64,000 nt of DNA from the NCBI RefSeq assembly GCF_000150275.1, contig NW_002060944.1, forward strand, positions 4,778,123-4,842,122. The letters run 5' to 3'. The position numbers were made by a program, and so were the translations under genes. Shown one piece after another: positions 1 through 11,269 of this stretch (positions are counted from its first letter, which is position 1; each line of letters starts with the position of its first letter). Source of the DNA: Trichoplax adhaerens. Its lineage: Eukaryota > Animalia > Placozoa. The notes under the pieces were generated by a model that was not told the origin of the DNA, did not search any database, and saw nothing but the letters and a program-made list of their open reading frames with translations.

Positions 1-3000
1 AACTATATGATGCAGTATTAATTGATATATCTCTACTTCTGGCTTATAGGTATTTGCACGGGGAACTGTGGTCTTGCTGCTAGCAGGTTCATACATTGCA
101 GCGCTGTTGCCCGCAGGTTCATATATTGGATTTAATGGGATATTTCCACCAGTAGGTTGGCTTTGTGAAGTACTATTGGGATTATAAAATAATTTAGGAC
201 TGTCTTGTCTTTGATGACTGGTTGGAATTGTTGGGCTGTACAATCCAGGCTTATTTTCAGGTTGTGCACGGTTATACAATCCAGAATTATTTTCAGATTG
301 TGTCGGGGTATATAATCCAGGTTTGTTTTCATGTTGCCTATTAATTTCTGATTCATCAAAGGTAAACTGATGAACAGATTTATTTGATTCAGCTGGTGTG
401 TGCACAAGAGACAGATTGCCGCCTCCAGAATAAGATTGTATGGGTGAAGCTGGATTTTGATACGTGTAGTCATCCTCCACTTTTGGAGCTATCACATCAT
501 TGTTATCTGTTGATGTACTGTTATTAAAACGATATAAATTATTATTATAGTCAAGGTCGGTCAATGAGTGAAGATTAGCTAGCCATTCCGGTTCATCTTC
601 GTCTTCATTGCCACTATCTTCAGGATTGAAATATGTAGCACGAGAAGCGAAATTTGCTACACATTTAATAAATGATTTAGAATATAGTTTTGGATTAGAA
701 TGAATAGTGTAAGCCAAGGATTCTAAGTACTGTAAGGCCTCGTCCTTCCCGCCAAGCTCGCTTAAAAGTGCTGCGTACATAAATTTATACGGCTGAAATT
801 TTGGGAATGCGTCACCAGGTCTTTGTAACGAGCGAATATACTCACATATTTCAGTACGATGAATATCGACAATATCTAAATACTGTAATGATTTACTTGC
901 AGAATTTTGACCAACTAATATAAAGTCCTTTTTTTCACTATCAAAACGGCCAGGGATTACTCCTGCAATCAGGTAACATAACTGTCCAGCGAATATATCA
1001 CCATTTTGCATCAACTGATTTCCAAGAGAAATTATATTGTCTTTATCAAACTTCGAATTAGATGTTGTATTAGACAATAACATTGCCAAATGCGATTTCC
1101 AATTTGTATTTATGGTACGTTTATTAGTTATGGCTGTTGGTAGTTGACCATCTAATACTTGGTATAGTGTTAGTAAAGTATCTCCTTCCATCATCGACAG
1201 AAAGAACTTGTTAATAACCATTTTGTACATTCGAGAATCTAATCTATTGGATAATATCATAGCATGGCCCCATAAACCATTACCGATTGCAATTTCTAAC
1301 GCTTCCCTTTTTTTCCCTTGTAATAGTAATTGCCTAAATTCTTTTTCAATAGCTTGCATATTAAATGAAACTTGCGGAGAACTTTCTAGTTCTGCTTCAT
1401 CGTGGCACTCAGATTCGAAATCATCATTAGTGGCCAATTTATTACTACTTTCATTACATAACTGCTCATCGTTTAACAGTAGTTCAGAAATATCAGTATT
1501 TAGTATTGTTCCATTTTGGCGAATTCCCATCAGTAGATACTTCCACAGTAAACGCGATGACGATGTTTCCATTCTATCAGTCGTATTAGCAATTTTAGTC
1601 TCAATATAACTTATTATATCACGTTTGTGTGTATCGTCACACATTAGAGGCCCAGGAAAATCTTTGATATCATGCTGCAGCTTCTGTTCCGATACGCTAT
1701 TCTGAAATTAGTATATAGAGTGACGTAATGATAGGTATCAGTATTTCCTTAAATTTCTAATATGAATATGTATAATAGGTATAATAGTGAACGCATTCTA
1801 AGGCTTACCTGTAGCTGAGATATAGTTACCATGTTAGGGTTACTGGCTGAGGTCATAACCACTACCCCACCAAAGCTAAAATTACATCTAACATGAGGTG
1901 CAACGTATAACGGTGGAGGTTTCTGATCTTCTTCATCTATATGTTGTAGTAGTGAGTTTTATTAAGCGAATTATTTCAATTGTTTCCTCAGTAATGATAA
2001 GCAATACATTGTTTTATACCTTCTTCAATAGGTACGTCCTCATCTGGTCCTGGTGGATATGCTATAGCACTAGCATCGACTTCAGAATAATCAGGTATAG
2101 TGGGTTCACCTTGTTGATAATGAAAATTATCAGTATTTGATTCAATATGCGTTACATTGTTATCTGAAGTGAGATCGTGGTCATAGATTGGTAGTTGTGG
2201 AGTAGCTACAGAAGTACTAGTTGTAGGGGCCATTTCTGAATCGTAGGTAGATGAATCCAAAGCGTCCCCTTGAGCGTTGTTGGCGAAGTTAGGATTATTT
2301 GATTCCTGTGGACCTTGTTGAACAGCTGATTGAGTATAGTAATTTTCGTAATATTGGGCTTCCTGTTGCTGATGATCAGCAAATCCAGGGTAGTTTTGCT
2401 GATCATTAGGATTTGATCCATAGTAATTTGCATTCTGGTAGTACGTTGAGTAGTACCAGTCCTGGTATTGCTGATACTGGTAGCCGTACGGATCCCAAGG
2501 AGTGGGGTAATAATAATATTGTTGATACGGATATGAAGCGTAAGGATATTGTTGCTGATAATTATAATACTGATTGGCATCGACATTGCCACTTTGAGTA
2601 TTCAATCGCGCGGGTTGTTGTTGTTGTTGTTGTTGATATTGGCTACCATATGCAGAACTTGATTCGTTTCCGATGGTTTGATTCTGATCAACATAAGGTT
2701 GTCCAGCGCTAGTCATACCTTGGTATTGATTGCTCTTAGTTACTGAAGCTTGCTTTGCAAAATGATCAGGACCCGGAAACTGCGGCTGGTTCTTTGTTGT
2801 AGGTAAATAACTAGTTGCAAAATTATTGGGAGGCGGGGGAGGCTGCGATTGCGGCATAACTGGTGCAACTTGGTAGTTAGAAGAAGAATTTATTAGCGGA
2901 TTTTCCGAATTATCACTGGGGTCAATGGGCGCATTTCCAATTTTACTTTCTTCTTGCGTTATTGACGGAGTAATATCAGAACTACGAGGTACATTGGTAT

Positions 3001-5009
3001 CTTTCGATTCTATTGCATTAACAAAACTATCAGTACGCTTAGCAAAACTAAAATTGTCAGTCTCTACTTTATCAACGTTAGTACTCTCTGCCGCTCCTTG
3101 GTCGTATGCTGGTGTGTAATAATTGATTTTCGGTTCTCCGGCCCTTACTGCAGCTACTAAAGACGGTTCACTCCCAGTACTTACAACCGTTGCTTTACTG
3201 TACGGCATATTACTTAAATTATCGCTACTTTTGTTCTGTCTAATAGGCAAGTTTCTCTGATTGGTTCCATAAGCGAGAGCGCCTAAATGACTTAGATTAT
3301 CATGACTTGAAGATCGCAATTTATTATCTAACGAACTATCATTGTCTATATTGATATCGTCGCTTTTGCTGAAAGAAGTCGTTAACGTATTTTCATCCAT
3401 ACCACCCTGTAAAAATTCAGGATCATAGCTAAATGATGCTAATACTTGAGGATTGGCACTGCTGTTATCCTCGGCGAAATCGTTACCTATATAGGAATAT
3501 TATAACAATATAACAGAACTATTAATAATTTCTTAGTTGTCGCTGTATATTTGTGATGCTATGATATAGAATAGAATGTGCAATTATAGCAGCAATATAG
3601 GTATATCTATGCTTACGATGTTACTATGTGACTTATATCTGTAGAAATGACTATGACACCATAGAATACGCTGTATTGAATGGCGATAACAGTTATTAAC
3701 ATTGGATCGCTGGCCAGATTCACTATAAAGTACTACTCTACTTATAATTTATGCAATTGAGATGCTGTAATAGAGCCACTTAGCAAAGATAACGTCAATT
3801 CAGAAGATGTTATACCTTCAGGCCTAGCGTCAGTAGGAGAAACTTTTTCAGATGCCCGTAATTCGTCTCTTGTATCCAAGTCGGAATAAGGGAAATGCGA
3901 GTTAATCTGTCCATCTTGTGGTATATCTCTTTCGTCGGTCAAATGGACAGTATCCTCAACTTCAGTATCTGAAGGTAACGGATTATCAGCAACATCTGTT
4001 TCTTGATTTAACTGAAACGTATTTTCTGAGGGAAGATCTTGATTCGTTTTGGAAGCGCTATTGTCTCCGTAATCATCAAGCCAATGATATTCGGATTCAT
4101 CGCCGCCAACGTCAGTACCTTCAGTGCCGCCTATTATCACATCAGTATCTAATTCAGATTCAGAATGAGCTGCAACTACTTCATCTTCTCTTGGACTATC
4201 TTTTTCGTATTTTTCCTGATCTAAACCTGCCACATTTTCACTGTACGGGAATGAATCAAAGGCCTGACTGGGCTCATCGGTGATCTTTGATTGATGTGAA
4301 ATATCTGCGTTGTCGTCTATTAATAAAATTATACAAGTTTATATTTATTGATACTGTGTCCACGAATTGATTCTTAAGATTGAGTAGTGAGTATTTCAAG
4401 TCTGTCTAAAAAATCAATGTATTGCTTTGTGTAGTCTATGAGTAGTCCAAGCGTATCTACATTTCTAACGCAGGTAGATTAGCCAACTATCAACCCATTG
4501 ATTACTAAATGCATCGGCCATACGATTCATAAGAATCAAGTTTGTGTATTCAGTAAAAGTTTCGATATCATGTATGGCTTAGTGTTATTGATTAACGTTT
4601 TCCATCAATGAGTTGCATTTGGAGGGCATAGCATACTCGACCAAGTCACTAGGTGATGTCAAGATGCTTTTTGACTGACTCAATCAATGAATGCTGCCGC
4701 ATATTAAGTTAATACACATCAAAGCATATTCAAAACACTGCATAGAGACAGAGTAAAATGCATGTCAGGAAAGCATTGGAATGATCGATTAGCAAGTAGT
4801 ACTAAAATCTACGTTATCCTATGTCTAGGATGAATTAAGAATTGAATTAGAATTTGAAAAAAAAGAAATGGGGTTTAAATGTTGTCATGGCTTGTGTGTT
4901 TTCATGTAATAAGCAAGAAAGAAAATTAGCAAGACTATACTGTACTCGTGTCATTGAGATACTTACCAAAGTCCGCTACTGCAGCATTCCTAGTTCCAGG
5001 ATTGTCCAT
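1..5009 (-). CDS. SEC16: SEC16-like ER exit-site/COPII scaffold protein, 3'-partial. Exons 5009-4967, 4316-3816, 3486-2020, 1936-1809, 1701-<1
   Basis: Spliced frame has canonical GT-AG introns with matching phases. A long disordered acidic, Q/Y/P-rich N-terminus is followed by Sec16 central-domain motifs PPPLYVAPHVRCNFSFGG, FPGPLMCDDTHKRDIISYIE and QGKKREALEIAIGNGLWGHA. The start exon (MDNPGTRNAAVADF) is less certain. Confidence 0.88.
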
Positions 5010-5427
5010 TTTGCAAAGATATCATTCACGTTTTTCTATCTATTCTACGAAAAGATCAATCCTATTATTCGAAATTAATAGATAGAGTTAGCAGAAAGAA
5101 TCTTGACTAATCAATGGAGTACATCTTTCTTCTCCAACATGGCTACCGACTATATCTTCTAGTCTAGTGTTCTACTATGTATATTGGTATTGTACAATCA
5201 GTCATGTACTATCCACCCAATTGTTACCCTATAGAGTACAGTATACTACCGCAAGGATTAGCTCTTTTTCCACTACCGTAGTATATCATACCACTTTAAA
5301 TACCTCTTCAAACTAGGTCAAAAGCCACTCGAAGTTTTCATACAGAAAGCTAGATGTAATTTTTCCAGAATTCCCAACCAATTTATTCAATTCTTGCTAT
5401 TCTAACACTGAATTAAGATTCTTCTTT

Positions 5428-5555
5428 GGAGCGAACTTGGTCAAAGCAGAAAACTTTGAACTCTCTGATTTGTTGGCCTACTGTCGCAGGGCGATTTTGG
5501 GGACCTTCAATCGCCTATGATCGTGGTGTGAGTGCTCAGTCACGTTGGTTCGTCC
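5428..5555. ncRNA. Candidate structured RNA element, class unknown
   Basis: GC-rich island closed by GGAGCGAAC/GTTCGTCC, with internal hairpins TCAAAG/CTTTGA, GGCGATT/AATCGCC and CGTG/CACG. G-U pairs favour the + strand. Confidence 0.4.
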
Positions 5556-5617
5556 TACAGTCCAATACAGAAGAAATGATTGAATTGGTTAACAAAGAGA
5601 CACGTCAGGAGAGTTGC

Positions 5618-5900
5618 TACAGTGTACAGTACGGAGACGAGTGTGGTACAGTACTGTAAGTATTTTCGGGGTGGAGTAGCCGTACCGTACTGATAGATTT
5701 GGACCAACTGTACTGTACACTGTACAGTGTACAGTACTCTGTAGTGGACTGTACAGTACATTGTACTGTAATGTACAACTGGTGCTAGTGGCATGATGAA
5801 GATGGTGATGAAATGGAATGCTCTGGTACTGCACCTTTTTACAGCACATGTACAGTATACTGTTTGAAACATGGAAATAACTTATGATACAGTATATGGA
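5618..5900. promoter_or_regulatory. TACAGTA/TACTGTA motif cluster upstream of SEC16, including a perfect 28-bp palindrome at 5710-5737
   Basis: GTACTGTACACTGTACAGTGTACAGTAC is self-complementary, and many further TACAG/CTGTA units surround it. A regulatory role is inferred from position. Confidence 0.5.
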
Positions 5901-7380
5901 TTCCTGAGTTTTCGACAATACAGTAAAACGGCAAGTAAAAAACTGTGCAGAAAAAGCACTAGACTGGACCATCTGTGACCACCAATCCACATATGAGAAA
6001 GACATATGAATGGATCTTGTCATAATTATTTACTGTATGCATCTTGTTTCATATAAAACAGATGAAATAACTCGGCCGAGCATTGTTATTGCAAAACAAA
6101 ATTGAAATAGTACGTCATAAACTGTTTACTACAGTATATTTCAATATTGGAGATAGGGTTACCTAACTCAAACGATTGCACGACTTCAACATTTTCACTC
6201 ATTCAGCGTACTAATAACATTCCTACCACTGCATAGTGGACTCCTCTTTCGCGCATTGCACCTACAGTAGTGTACGTAGTAGCTTTCTCATTTGTGTTCG
6301 ATGTAAATGGCAGTAATGCAATGGGTAACACTTTGTGCTGCAAAACAATGCACTATTCTGCTATCCGATTTTTCATCAATGGTATTAATCGGTTTGGTAC
6401 AAACTAACTTTCTATGCGGTGCCAAGATGATATAAAATAAATTATTGCTGATTTTAGTTGAACACACATCTTCAAGATTCCAGGCTTTTTCCTCTTTTAC
6501 CATCCATCTTCTATACTCTATACTATAAGTATAGTATCAGTTTTCTTCTCAGCTCTATGATACGCATTTCGTATATGCGCATAGGATTTACAAATTATGT
6601 CTATGCAAATACCGTGGAAAGCAGATGACTACCCTTAACGATTTCTTTGACCATCCTGTGGACTTTCGAGAAAAACATTTGAATTTATTGCCCTTCATGA
6701 TTAATCATATAATTACATGTATAACATGGTAATCAGTTAAATACGCGTATCTATCAATAAATCAATCTACCAGTAATCGTATATCATCATATTAAAGCTT
6801 TCAGACAGAGTTGTGATTTCCTAGGTATTGTATTTACGTTGCTGTTCCATTAGTTATTCTACTGCTAAAGCTTAGCATACTTTTTTCGGAAAAATAGATA
6901 CAATACAATAAAACAGTGAAAATAATCAATGGTGATGCAAGTAGATGTAGCAACTGGCGAAGAAAATCTCTTACAAAACGTAATGAATGTCTGTAAAATT
7001 ATCATATCATTATAGCATTGGCGTTGTTAGTTATCAAACAAATAGAAATTTTTAAGCGGTTTACTCTTATTAGGATGAATAATCGTTTCATTGTCAGCAA
7101 ATTAAGGATACATCTACTCAGTAGACTAGTATCCAGCTTTATATTTTGCTATCTTGCATGTAATGACAAGTATTTACTTATATATATATATATACTCGAA
7201 TGTTGCGAATTAGATCGAAAGTATATCAAGAAATTGAGTATGGTACTGCTATTGTATGAAAATTTCATACGATGGCAATAACAAAAGCTTACACACTTAT
7301 CCCTAATATTCAAATATTGAAAGGATATCATTTAACTACATAGATTTAGCTTGATATACAAAGCATAATATGAAGTCGCT

Positions 7381-10183
7381 TTAATTAGCAGCGACAGCTT
7401 CACTACTTTTGCTTTCTTTCTTGACTTTGTAATCTTTAATCGCAGCTCTGATAGCATCTTCCGCAAGCACTAAAAAAGATTAATGAATAATATATATTCA
7501 AAATCTATAACATAATGTTATCGATAATACCTGAAAGTAATCAACATTACGATCAAAAGATAAATTGCTGTCAATGACTGTCTAATGAAAGACTTTGTAA
7601 TAGCATGTAATTTTAATACACAAAATCATTTGTAACTGTATCGATTACACTGATTTCATAACACAGAAAGCTATGCTTATCGATGGCCTTCTTAATTCAT
7701 CTTGACATGGATGAACTTACTTGAACAGTGTAACTTCACTGGTGGTAAAGATAGTTCTTTTGCAATATCAGAATTTCTAATCTTCTTTGCGTCATCAATC
7801 TAAAATTATGAGAAGATAATAACGGGATTGACTGAAATTGCAATCTGAATATTATAAATGCAAATCTATCTATCTCTTGCTTATTCAACTAGGATCGTAA
7901 ACAATGAATAAGAGATCATAATAGACTGTATTGAGATGTAGTGAATATGGATTACACACTTACAAGTTAGCCTACTATATTACGTGCTGAAATACTAGCG
8001 CAGCAATATCGTAACCCGACAAATAGCAGACATTAAAAAATTCTTGCAAGTGGAATACTGTATGTTTAACATTGCATGTAAATACAATATCAATGTACGA
8101 GTACCGATTTTCCTTTGATCCATTCAGTCGCTAGAGAACTAGAGGCGATGGCTGATCCGCAACCAAAGGTTTTGAATCTTGCATCCACAATTTTGCCATT
8201 ATCGTCCACTTTAATCTGTGAGTATTATTGATCGTGATTGTTTACCAATCGCATAATGTATTACAAAATGGTGGCTATTACAATGCTGTGCTGTAATGTA
8301 CTGCTGATCGCTTGGAGAGTATTCAATCAGTCATACATGACGAATTGTAATAAAGAACATTTCACAGCATTTCTGTCTCGCGAGCAAGTAGTGATATCTT
8401 AAAATATACAGTAAAACTGAAGCGCTAGTTCACTTTTCATATAGTAATCACTTCTTCCACTTAGTTTGAGCTCTATTTATTCTAAAGATAATATGCAAAG
8501 AATGTACGGAATGAATAAAATAAAGTATACCTGTAACTTCATAACATCGCCACAGGCAGGGGCTCCAACCAAGCCAGTCCCAACATTCTCATCGCTCTTA
8601 TTGAGCGAACCAACGTTTCTTGGATTCTCATAGTGGTCAATAACCTGACGGTGAAGACAATAAATCGAACGGTCATATAAAGTTTTAAATCGGATCGTTA
8701 CCGACATTTCAGTCATTAATTGTAACTTCAACTAGTACTTGTCTCACTATTCGATACTCGAATACTGTTCATTGCATAATTATACATGCAGTGCTATAGA
8801 TGTGCATGTGGATGTTATCAAAGTGTAGCGCGATTGACGATTCTGACCAAATGGAATATTTACATTGTTTATATTATTATGAGCAACAAATTAAGCGTCT
8901 TCTATCTTATTCAGGTTTCAATTGCTAATGTCCATATTCATGAAAGATTTGTAGATTGGCTGTAATAGATCATACTGCATATTCATTAGGGTCCTTGAAA
9001 AAGGGACACTAAAATTGTCATTGCGCGATTTGTACATCAGATTGGTCGGCAACAGTAGAGCAGTTGCCTAGTAAATATAGTTTAATTTGATTAACAAGAC
9101 AGTTTCTAAAATGTACAGTACAGTATATGGGATTTTCAATGACTATCGAATCTTACCATTACGACAACTGAAAAGAGGTTTCAAAAAAGTGGGCATAAAT
9201 GTACCTACACGACTCCCCTGCCGTGGGTCAGTGGGTGTACCGGATAACATAATACGTAAGCCGTAAGGAGTACATAAATTAATTGTACATTACCGTGTGA
9301 TTTGGTTGTAAAGGTTAGGGCTATTACACTTTTGAATTCGAATATTACAGCTGTAGCTTCAAATACTACTGATAGACGTAGTTAAAATACACAGTATAAA
9401 TATACGGTAAAAAATAGGACAACAACTGATGAAGAAGCATAAGCACTTTTTATCACTACTATACAGTACAGTATCTTTATAGTTGTTTGCTAGACGTAGA
9501 GCTATAAAACAGCGTTACGCGCTTTGATGACAGTCTACTTATCAAGATAAGAGTAGAGCAATTCTAAATAGGTAGTTTACTTTGCCTTTTTATTGTCAAG
9601 ATTATAGTATCGAGTTTAAGGCAATTTGATAAACCTAAAGTATATAAGAATGTATATGTTTACAGCTTTATTCTTTGGAAAATTATGGCCAAGGAGAGCG
9701 GCCATTTTAGGAGGTTGAAGATTTGTAAATTTGTTCACCACGGTTGCGTATACGCAACCACAGTCATACCGTATAGTGTGCTGTATTATACAGTACTTAC
9801 GTTCATCACTATAGTAATTATAATTATTATTATGATGATGCATTTTCAATCATTCAAAATGTTCGCCTATTTATCGTCATCTTGATAAAGTACTATCCTA
9901 CACTAAGAGGTCATAGATTCTAAAGTCACCATACGAGGTTGTTTGCGTGATATTAATGAGAATAAATGATATAGAAAATTTAGTTCAATTAATTCAGTAA
10001 CCTATGAAATCAATAATTAATTCTACACTCTACAGTAATCACTTCTGGTTCAACCATGTTCATCAGCGTTATTTTTTACAGTCCGTATTTTACCTTGTCG
10101 TGATAATTTCTGGCGTACAAAGTAGCCAATACTGCATTTCGTAAGGGTGCACGGTTCAAAGCTCTTCGACCTATCGAAATCAT
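7381..10183 (-). CDS. ISCU: Mitochondrial iron-sulfur cluster scaffold ISCU. Exons 10183-10094, 8644-8531, 8215-8105, 7799-7721, 7469-7381
   Basis: Translation [44 protein letters not shown]...[17 protein letters not shown]...[13 protein letters not shown]...[16 protein letters not shown]. All three conserved Cys and the LPPVK chaperone motif are present, with an Arg-rich presequence. Confidence 0.97.
9185..9333. ncRNA. Candidate structured RNA in ISCU intron 1, class unknown
   Basis: Closing stem AAAAGTG/CACTTTT encloses a GC-rich hairpin (9201-9240), GTAA..GTACA/TGTAC.TTAC and TGTAA/TTACA hairpins. Confidence 0.35.
9664..9705 (-). CDS. ISCU: Candidate alternative first coding exon of ISCU ([14 protein letters not shown]), phase 0
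   Basis: ctaaaATGGCCGCT start context, 42 nt open, then a GCT|gtaaac donor. The phase matches the exon-2 acceptor (VIDHYEN). Confidence 0.45.
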
Positions 10184-10330
10184 CCTTTTTTCTTTCAAAT
10201 CTGTCAATAATATATTACAACCAAAACAAATTGTGGATCCAAATTTTGCAATCGGAGAAAATACACACTCGAAGGACAAGCGAATTTTGTTATTGACAGG
10301 GATGAGATTGTTTCTCAACTCTGGTAGCAC

Positions 10331-10553
10331 CGTACAAAATACTGTAGGTATCAGTCAGCGCCTAGTAAGTTACAGTACAGAATACTGTAAGCTACAGTAC
10401 AGTACTGTACGGTTAGTGCAGCACATGAACTCGACCATTTTTTTTGCCTACTCGCTTCTCTACCCCCTAGTGGGGTAGAGAATGGTCATACACCTGTACT
10501 GCAGTACTGTACTATACAAATGTACATGCTGTACAGCGTGTACGCGCACGTCA
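10331..10553. promoter_or_regulatory. TACAGTA/TACTGTA cluster, an 11-bp inverted repeat and a CACGTCA site upstream of ISCU
   Basis: TACAGTACAGAATACTGTAAGCTACAGTACAGTACTGTAC; TTCTCTACCCC-CTAGT-GGGGTAGAGAA (10456-10482); CACGTCA at 10547-10553. Confidence 0.5.
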
Positions 10554-10554
10554 C

Positions 10555-10816
10555 ATCGGTTAGAGAGTGCAGGCCGTCCAGCCGTGGTCTGAGTCTGACT
10601 TTGCATGCTTGGATGACCGTAGATCCATCCAGCGGTCTATCTGCTGTGTTATGGACTGCTGGACCGATAGACAGTTTCACTTCGATATTGAAGTCGATCG
10701 AGCGATTGATTGTTTTGGAAAATAATTCTAGATACTACGCTGTTACGTTTTCCAATATCCTCTTCTACTCAGTAACAAGGAAGATTTCGTAAAATCTTCC
10801 TTGTCAGTCCAGTAGA
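10555..10816 (+). ncRNA. Candidate structured RNA divergent from ISCU, class unknown
   Basis: ATCGGT/ACCGAT closes a multibranch domain (10555-10668). It is followed by CTTCGA/TTGAAG, TTGGAAAA/TTTTCCAA and a perfect 13-bp stem ACAAGGAAGATTT-CGTA-AAATCTTCCTTGT (10775-10804). Confidence 0.45.
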
Positions 10817-11269
10817 GCTAGAGTATTGAACTAAACCTTATTGTTTTACCACAACGTTATATAACTGAACAGAACCAATGGTTTATTCTATAGACTTACA
10901 TACCGTGAATTTAGATTGTTGAACATGTAAAATTATATGAATCAATAGCGGTCCAATTAGGAAACCGTATTAAAATCATCGACCAAAATCTTATTTCGTA
11001 ACATATGCGTATAAAATCAATCAATCGATAGTTTTAAAAGAGGAAAATACGGTGTAGAGTTATGCGTGTGCAGTAACTTTATGATCGATGACTTTAGGAA
11101 CATCTCCATGGACAGAGTCCTACAGTACTACGTATTAATTAAAGTACCTCAAAAGTGCAAATCATTGTCCAGCTCTTTTGCAGCTAAATCTGTACGAGAA
11201 TATTTACGAGAATACGTGTATAGGTATTATTAGCCGTAACCTATATATATATATATACAACAATCCAGG

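Noticed and set aside
5497-5509. Minus-strand GAAGGTCCCC resembles RNase MRP CR-I
   Set aside because: No matching GGGGCT CR-V downstream to form P4.
5515-5582. Minus-strand ATCATTTCT...AACGTGACTGAGCACTCACACCACGA resembles the 5' domain of U3 snoRNA
   Set aside because: No box B (GAGCG), box C (TGATGA) or box D in the expected downstream positions.
5426-6503. Short ORFs in the track (5426-5659, 5555-5872, 5589-6023, 6288-6503)
   Set aside because: The first three are largely low-complexity translations of the TACAG repeat cluster. None has recognisable motifs or splice support.
9313-9320. CCCTAACC as a telomerase RNA template
   Set aside because: No pseudoknot, CR4/5 or H box is recognisable and the spacing is too short. 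An 8-mer is expected by chance in 64 kb.
10184-10330. Iron-responsive element in the ISCU leader
   Set aside because: No CAGUGN-loop hairpin with a bulged C on the sense strand.
10462-10473. CTCF-like CCACTAGGGGGT on the minus strand
   Set aside because: Imperfect match, better explained as part of the inverted repeat. CTCF is regarded as bilaterian-restricted.
10582-10596. GGTCTGAG / CTCAGACCAC resembles an RNase P P4 strand
   Set aside because: It lacks the preceding GGAA, and no complementary P4 partner is visible on either strand.
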